Origin: Candidatus Hermodarchaeota archaeon | Lineage (GTDB): Archaea; Asgardarchaeota; Lokiarchaeia; Sigyniarchaeales; SOKP01 | Direction: 5' to 3' | DNA length: 23,607 nt | NCBI GenBank assembly: GCA_048885925.1 | Contig: JBHLLG010000041.1 | Span: 1-23,607, forward strand | In this document: positions 18,221 through 23,607 of the stretch, piece after piece | Layout: the number at the start of each line of letters is the position of its first letter | Numbering within the stretch: the stretch's first letter is position 1 | Program-made: the position numbers and the translations under genes | The notes under the pieces: generated by a model | The model's input: the letters and a program-made list of their open reading frames with translations, nothing else | Told to the model about the DNA's origin: nothing | Database searches by the model: none

Positions 18221-20860
18221 ATTTTAAGAAAAATATTTATTATTGGTCCAGGAGGAATTCTTTGTTATTCGAAGAATTTCTTTGAACAATCAGATATTGA
18301 TGAGGGCGTAATTAGTGGATTTCTTACAGCTATAAGTAATTTTGCTAAAGAAATTAAAGGAGGTAAAGTTAAAGCTCTTATTTTCAAAAATTTTAATTAT
18401 ATATATTCATACTCTACTGAATTTGATTGTATCTTTGTAATCGTAATTGATAAAGAAGATTTAGAAGAAGAAGCGCGCATTAAAGTGGAATTAATGAAAG
18501 ATGAGTTTATCAGAAAGTATAAACCATACTTACAAAAATGGACTGGTAATGTAAGTGTTTTTGAAAGTTTTAATGAATTTGTAGAGGAAAAAATATTTAT
18601 TCCTCCAAAGATCTTATTAACTGGAGAAAAAGGAGTTGGAAAAACAACAATTATGAACTTTTTTGAAGGAGAAACGGTAATAGAGTTAAGTGATGATTTA
18701 GTTGAAATTATACAAAAACCAATTAACCTTATTGACTTTAAAGGGATAAAACAATGCACTATACGAGAAATAGATTTAGAAGAATTAGTAAAAAATTCAA
18801 ATTTTTATAAAAATTTATTAAATTCAGTAGATATTGTTCTAATTGTTACAAACTCAGGTGCAAGTAATCTAGGGAGAACTAAGAAACTGCTTTCATCATT
18901 AAAACCTATAATTCATAAAGCAGACTTTTATATACTTGCAAACTTCCAAGATTTAAAAGATAGTGCATTTGAACCAGATAAAATACAAGAAATGTTTGAT
19001 ATAAAGACATATGGTTTTTCTTCAAATAAAGAAGAATCTAAAGAAGAATTTGATTTTATTTTAAAGGAAATATTACAAACATCTATTTTAGATAAAGAAG
19101 AAGAGAGACGTAATTTTGCTGTCCAAGAAGTGTCAGAAGATCAAGATGAAGTTATTAAAGCAAGACAACTCGAAGAAGCAGTTGAGATAGAAGTGGATTA
19201 TAATGATATATGGGAACAAATAGAGAATGCAAGAATTTTGGAAAAGAGCGGAGATCATCTTGGAGCCGCGGAAAAATTCTCTTGTGCTGCTTCTCAATTC
19301 AAAGATTTATGTTCACATGCAATTCTTGAACAAGATAGAGAAGAATTAAACGCAATATATTACTTATGTAAGGCATGGGAATGTATGGAATTAGCTGAAG
19401 AATACGATAATCCTGATAAGTTTATAGAAGCAGTCGAGTTATTTAATAAGGCTAGTGAACTTTTTATTGACAATAAAGCAAAATCATTAGCGTTAGGAAA
19501 TTCTGCTTTTTGTCAAGCATTAGAACTAGGTTCTAAATTCGATAAGACAAGTGAAACATCTATCAAAGCAGAATATTATCCAAAGATTAAAATGATGCTT
19601 AGGAATGCAGCTAATTTGTATCGAAAAGGTGGATTTGAAAGTGAAGCAGATTGGGCGCTTGCTACTTCTACATATTTTGATGCCACGTGGTATATCATCA
19701 GAGCAGATGAAGAACTAAACCTTGATGAAAAGAAGAAGCTTCTAGAAATTGGTTCTGGTATGTTTAAATCAGCAGCAGAACTTTTTGGAAAAGCAGGATA
19801 TAAGGATAAAGAAAAAGAGGTTTTAGATCGCTTAGATTTGGTTGATAAAGAAGAAAAAATCATAATTTCTGCCCTTAATACCATCAGCGAACCGTTAATT
19901 TCAAAAAGTACAATAGATATCTTAGCACCTTCATTTCCACAAAAAGAAGAAGCATTAAAAATCAAAGAAAAAAAAGATAAAAAGAAGAAATATAAATTAA
20001 TTTATAGAGATCTACTTAGAGAATACCCTAAAATTCAAAAAAGGGAATTTAGAGTTGGAGTAGCTCAAATAGGAGTGTCTGTTACAGGAGATCTCATGAA
20101 AGAATTTTATGAAGAAAAAACTTCAGGTTTATTAGGACTTCGGGAAGAAAAAGTTGAATTTTTAATAGATAAAGTTAGAAATATGATTGAAAATGCCCAT
20201 AATAATAATGTAGATGTTTTAATATTCCCAGAAATGGCAATAGATCTCAATTATGGTAAATTTTTAGAAATAATATCAGATTTAGCTAATGCTTTTGATA
20301 TGTATATTATTCCTGGTTCATTCCATAATCTAGAAACTAAGCAAAATATTAGCATTGTAATTGGACCCGATGGAATTGTATGGGAACAAGAAAAACATAC
20401 TCCTGCAATTATACATTTTGAAGATAAAAAATTCGAAGAAGGGATAAAAGTAGATACATATCCAAGACAAACTATTGTATGTAATACTGAGTTTGGCAGA
20501 ATCGCTATAATAATATGTAGAGACTTTCTTGATATGGATTTACGCGTAGAATTAAAAAATTTTGAACCTGCTGTAGACCTTATTTTTAATCCCGCATACA
20601 CACCAGTTACAGCTGATTTCAAGGCAGCTCATTTTGATGCCCGAAGATCCATTTATGCTTATTGTTTTTTTGTTAATATAGGTGAGTATGGTGAATCTCT
20701 TATATACACCCCAGAAAAAGAGAGAATCGAAAGAATAATACCACCAAAAGAAGAAAATTTAATTTATAAGGATATCGATCTCTTTAAGCTTCGTTCAGAA
20801 CGTAAGAAATGGGAAAAAGAAAAAAAAAGTAAACGTCAATTTATCCAAAGTACTCGATAA
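18221..20860 (+). CDS. Fusion protein: longin-like domain + degenerate small GTPase + helical (TPR/SNAP-like) repeats + carbon-nitrogen hydrolase (nitrilase) domain
   Basis: Frame is open from 18197. The segment upstream of GTG 18485 reads ILRKIFIIGPGGILCYSKNF...ISGFLTAISNFAKEI (longin-like). P-loop GEKGVGKTT and G4-like NFQD. Nitrilase triad in IFPEM, QEKH and IICRD. Confidence 0.82.
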   Translation: MLRKIFIIGPGGILCYSKNFFEQSDIDEGVISGFLTAISNFAKEIKGGKVKALIFKNFNYIYSYSTEFDCIFVIVIDKEDLEEEARIKVELMKDEFIRKYKPYLQKWTGNVSVFESFNEFVEEKIFIPPKILLTGEKGVGKTTIMNFFEGETVIELSDDLVEIIQKPINLIDFKGIKQCTIREIDLEELVKNSNFYKNLLNSVDIVLIVTNSGASNLGRTKKLLSSLKPIIHKADFYILANFQDLKDSAFEPDKIQEMFDIKTYGFSSNKEESKEEFDFILKEILQTSILDKEEERRNFAVQEVSEDQDEVIKARQLEEAVEIEVDYNDIWEQIENARILEKSGDHLGAAEKFSCAASQFKDLCSHAILEQDREELNAIYYLCKAWECMELAEEYDNPDKFIEAVELFNKASELFIDNKAKSLALGNSAFCQALELGSKFDKTSETSIKAEYYPKIKMMLRNAANLYRKGGFESEADWALATSTYFDATWYIIRADEELNLDEKKKLLEIGSGMFKSAAELFGKAGYKDKEKEVLDRLDLVDKEEKIIISALNTISEPLISKSTIDILAPSFPQKEEALKIKEKKDKKKKYKLIYRDLLREYPKIQKREFRVGVAQIGVSVTGDLMKEFYEEKTSGLLGLREEKVEFLIDKVRNMIENAHNNNVDVLIFPEMAIDLNYGKFLEIISDLANAFDMYIIPGSFHNLETKQNISIVIGPDGIVWEQEKHTPAIIHFEDKKFEEGIKVDTYPRQTIVCNTEFGRIAIIICRDFLDMDLRVELKNFEPAVDLIFNPAYTPVTADFKAAHFDARRSIYAYCFFVNIGEYGESLIYTPEKERIERIIPPKEENLIYKDIDLFKLRSERKKWEKEKKSKRQFIQSTR

Positions 20861-20899
20861 CAATTAAAATGAATTAAAAAGAGTTATACTTTAAAAAAT

Positions 20900-21394
20900 A
20901 TGTCAATAGAGGAAGATTACATATTTCCAGTATATATTTATGAAAAAGTTATTGAACGAATAAAAGAATTAAGTAGCAATTTTGAAAAGGAGATCTTTGG
21001 TTATTTGGTGGGAAATCTCTTAAAATGGGAGGGAAAAACCTATATTATAATTAAAGAACAATTATTTATTGAAGGTGCTATTCATAGTAATAAATTTTCA
21101 ACTTCTCAAATCACGGGACAAGCCGGAGAATATGAAAAAGAATTTAAAAAGTTAAAAAATGAGGAAAAGGATGAATATTTGAGAATTTTAGGATGGTGGC
21201 ATTCTCATCCTAATTTTGGGTGTTTTTTATCATCAACAGATCTTAATACTCAAGAATTTTTCTTTCCTGAGTCATATCAAGTAGCATTAGTCATAGATCC
21301 AATTAGAGATGAATTTAAATTTTTTACCTTAGATAAAGCATCAAATAAAAAGTATAGGGCAGTAAGTAATGCAATAATATCATCCAAACCCTAG
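20900..21394 (+). CDS. JAB1/MPN+ (JAMM) metalloprotease, Rpn11-like deubiquitinase
   Basis: KEIFGYLVG glutamate, GWWHSHPNFGCFLSSTD (HxH-x7-S-x2-D) and ALVIDP. Confidence 0.93.
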   Translation: MSIEEDYIFPVYIYEKVIERIKELSSNFEKEIFGYLVGNLLKWEGKTYIIIKEQLFIEGAIHSNKFSTSQITGQAGEYEKEFKKLKNEEKDEYLRILGWWHSHPNFGCFLSSTDLNTQEFFFPESYQVALVIDPIRDEFKFFTLDKASNKKYRAVSNAIISSKP

Positions 21395-21460
21395 GTGTAA
21401 ATTTTAATTTATTAAGAATGGTTCTAAAATTAATAATGAAAAATAAAGTTTCATGAATAA

Positions 21461-22345
21461 ATGACAGAAAAAAAAGATAAATCGGATATAAGAATAATAA
21501 GTTTTGAGTCAATAGATACAGATAAATATGATCGCCAAAAGCGTATTGCAGGATGGGATCAATCAAGGGTTTCTAATGCTACTGTAATGGTAATAGGTGT
21601 TGGGGCTACTGGAAATGAATTAGTAAAGAACTTAGCATTAACAGGAATTGGTAAATTTATTATTATTGATTACGATATTATTGAAAAATCAAATCTTAAT
21701 CGCTGCGTTTTGTTTAATATGAGAGATGATATTGAAGGTAAATACAAGGTTGATGTTGTAAAAGAATCGGTTGAAATTCTAAATCCTGATGTAAAAATCA
21801 TAACTTGTAAAAGTAAATTGAATGATATTGATAGAAATTTATATAAAAAATCAGATGTAATCTGTTCTTGTGTGGATAACATCGAAGCACGATTAGAAGC
21901 AAATAATTATGCACATTATTATGGTATCCCTTTTATTGATTCAGGGATAGATGAATATTTTGGATCTATTCAAGCAGTATATTCAGAAATTAAAGATGCT
22001 CCATGCCTTCAATGTGGAATTTCTGATAAAGATTTAGATTTAATGTGGAAGAAATTTTCATGTACTGGACAAGAAATTAGTTCTGAAGATGGAGAAACAA
22101 CTAAAAAAATTGCCACTATTATAAGCACCACTTCGATTATTGGAGGAATTCAGACTCAACAAGTCATTAAATTTATCTTGAATTTAGATCACTTTAAAGA
22201 ATATGGGAATTGGGATTCTCAAATAGGAGAGCCTCTCATTGGAAAACAAATAAATTATAATGGACTTATAAATAAGTTTAATATTATAGAAAAGTTAAAA
22301 GATCCTAATTGCTGGACTTGTTCATATAAAAAAACTATTAACTAA
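21461..22345 (+). CDS. Ubiquitin-activating E1-like enzyme (ThiF/MoeB/UBA family)
   Basis: YDRQ, VIGVGATG, DYDIIEKSNLNR, CVDNIEAR, Zn ligands CLQC and CWTC, and candidate catalytic Cys in FSC. Confidence 0.92.
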   Translation: MTEKKDKSDIRIISFESIDTDKYDRQKRIAGWDQSRVSNATVMVIGVGATGNELVKNLALTGIGKFIIIDYDIIEKSNLNRCVLFNMRDDIEGKYKVDVVKESVEILNPDVKIITCKSKLNDIDRNLYKKSDVICSCVDNIEARLEANNYAHYYGIPFIDSGIDEYFGSIQAVYSEIKDAPCLQCGISDKDLDLMWKKFSCTGQEISSEDGETTKKIATIISTTSIIGGIQTQQVIKFILNLDHFKEYGNWDSQIGEPLIGKQINYNGLINKFNIIEKLKDPNCWTCSYKKTIN

Positions 22346-22448
22346 ATATACCTAAATATTAAATATATAGACTTAATTATGAATAAAATATAAGCAAAAA
22401 TGTAATCTTTAAATTTAATTTAATCAATATTTTTATTTGATAGAAATT

Positions 22449-23015
22449 ATGCCAGAATTGCCGTTTGAAATATGGAAAGATCGTATTAATAACGAAATTA
22501 AAAATTTAGAACATCTAAATGTAATTGAGAGAAATTCAATAGTTTGGCATGATAATAATGTAGAATTTTTGATAAATATTAGAGCTATTGGGTTTATATT
22601 AGGTGATTATCAAAAAGATGTAAATTTGATCCCTCAAAAATCTCATCGTATCTTTTTAAAAATTAATAGATCCTTTCCTTATCCTGGAGGACTCGATTTT
22701 TCTTGGTATTCAAACATTTTCCATCCTAATATTCATCCTGTTGAATTAATTTACTCTAAAGTAAGGGGTACGGGATATATATGTTTAAATGTTCTGAAAC
22801 AATGGTCTAGACTATCAGATCTAGAAACTACAGTAAAGGCACTACAAAAATTAGTAGAAAATCCTAATCCAGAAGATCCACTCAAATATGATATATGTCT
22901 TGAAGCTGCTGAGTTTTTCAAAAAAACTAGTATAGAAGATCTTAAAAAGCAATATAATATTGAAGAAATAGAAGAAGAACAGGATAAAGATGAAATAATT
23001 ATATTGGATGATTAA
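22449..23015 (+). CDS. Ubiquitin-conjugating E2 enzyme (UBC fold)
   Basis: FPY-P, IFHPNI, GYICLNVLKQW (catalytic Cys), NPNPEDPL and an acidic tail. ATG 22449 is preferred over TTG 22437. Confidence 0.92.
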   Translation: MPELPFEIWKDRINNEIKNLEHLNVIERNSIVWHDNNVEFLINIRAIGFILGDYQKDVNLIPQKSHRIFLKINRSFPYPGGLDFSWYSNIFHPNIHPVELIYSKVRGTGYICLNVLKQWSRLSDLETTVKALQKLVENPNPEDPLKYDICLEAAEFFKKTSIEDLKKQYNIEEIEEEQDKDEIIILDD

Positions 23016-23128
23016 AGTTTATAATTAACTCTTTTTCTATAAATATTATATTATAAAAGTAAAGAAAGTTTATGTTTTAATCAAAAATTCTTATCTTAAT
23101 AAAACTATATAATCTTTAGATAAGAATT

Positions 23129-23389
23129 TTATAGATTTCCGCCAATTACTCTTGCCCATAGTGATAATTTATCATTTTCTTGAAGCCCAAATTTATGTAC
23201 TGCATCTTCAATTGTTATTGTACTGGGTAATTCTTTCTCATGAAGAACTAAAGTATATGAGCGTTGCTCCGCACTTATGATTCCCATATGTTTAATAACT
23301 ATATCTATAATACGTTCAATTGGATGGTGTTCTTTAACATCTAACTTTATTAACTTACCTGTTCTTGTATCTTCAACCGATATTCTCAT
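23129..23389 (-). CDS. Ubiquitin-like protein precursor (C-terminal GG-NL)
   Basis: Beta-grasp pattern (MRISVEDTRTGKLIKLDV...GLQENDKLSLWARVIGG), diglycine followed by two extra residues; adjacent to E1, E2 and JAB. Confidence 0.88.
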   Translation of the reverse strand: MRISVEDTRTGKLIKLDVKEHHPIERIIDIVIKHMGIISAEQRSYTLVLHEKELPSTITIEDAVHKFGLQENDKLSLWARVIGGNL

Positions 23390-23451
23390 TAAATATCATC
23401 TTCTAATTGATTAATTTTTTTTTTACACTTAAATATATTCAAATATCTTAA

Positions 23452-23607
23452 TTACTTTTTACCTTTTTCATCTAATTTTTCCAAATCTTCAAATTCTTCA
23501 GTTAATTTAAAAGGTTTTGAAGGTTTAGATTTATCAATTGGTTCATTACACACCCAGCAAGCATTTTCTGCATTGGATAAAGCACGTGCACAGTTTTCAC
23601 AGTATAA
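23452..23607 (-). CDS. 3' end of a RING-like zinc finger protein (5' part outside the window), paralogous to the tail of 14810..15889
   Basis: Manual translation: LYCENCARALSNAENACWVCNEPIDKSKPSKPFKLTEEFEDLEKLDEKGKK*, closely matching LYHEDCARTLSDLENACWVCNQPIDEKKPTKPFK. Confidence 0.85.
   Translation of the reverse strand, partial: LYCENCARALSNAENACWVCNEPIDKSKPSKPFKLTEEFEDLEKLDEKGKK

Noticed and set aside
17340-21882. Minus-strand ORFs 17340..17522, 18397..18759, 19576..19965, 20251..20622, 21324..21566 and 21670..21882
   Set aside because: Antisense shadows of the GTPase, fusion, JAB and E1 genes.
20900-23389. Interpretation as a bacterial CBASS/Bil-type antiphage E1-E2-JAB system or a ThiF/ThiS sulfur-transfer operon
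   Set aside because: No CD-NTase, effector or thiamine/molybdopterin genes are in the window. The E2 has eukaryote-type HPN and a RING-like gene is adjacent. A defence role cannot be strictly excluded.
1-23607. CRISPR arrays, tRNA/rRNA genes, transposases
   Set aside because: No regularly spaced repeats, GC-rich structured RNA segments or transposase/integrase ORFs were seen by eye. A covariance-model search was not run.

Overview
AT-rich archaeal DNA whose gene content points to an Asgard archaeon, probably Lokiarchaeia (inference). It encodes a Rab-like GTPase, a longin domain, membrane proteins with RING-like tails, and JAB/E1/E2/ubiquitin genes. The left two-thirds is mostly metabolic: a P-type ATPase with atypical membrane ion-binding residues, a GNAT, a DUF362 Fe-S protein, an LLM oxidoreductase, a deacetylase, threonine catabolism genes (tdh, kbl), an MFS transporter, a BKACE/3-hydroxyacyl-CoA dehydrogenase pair and a stand-alone Lrp domain. 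The right third is a eukaryote-like ubiquitin locus: JAB protease, E1, E2, a pro-ubiquitin ending GG-NL and a partial RING-like gene. Directly upstream is a longin + degenerate GTPase + helical repeat + nitrilase fusion. Three observations stand out. (1) A 33-nt stop-containing insert in the MFS gene folds into a bulge-helix-bulge-like structure, and the predicted cleavage restores the reading frame exactly, making it a candidate archaeal mRNA intron. (2) The nitrilase fusion is linked to the ubiquitin genes. (3) Two genes appear to start at ATT. All calls come from manual motif reading; no searches were run.
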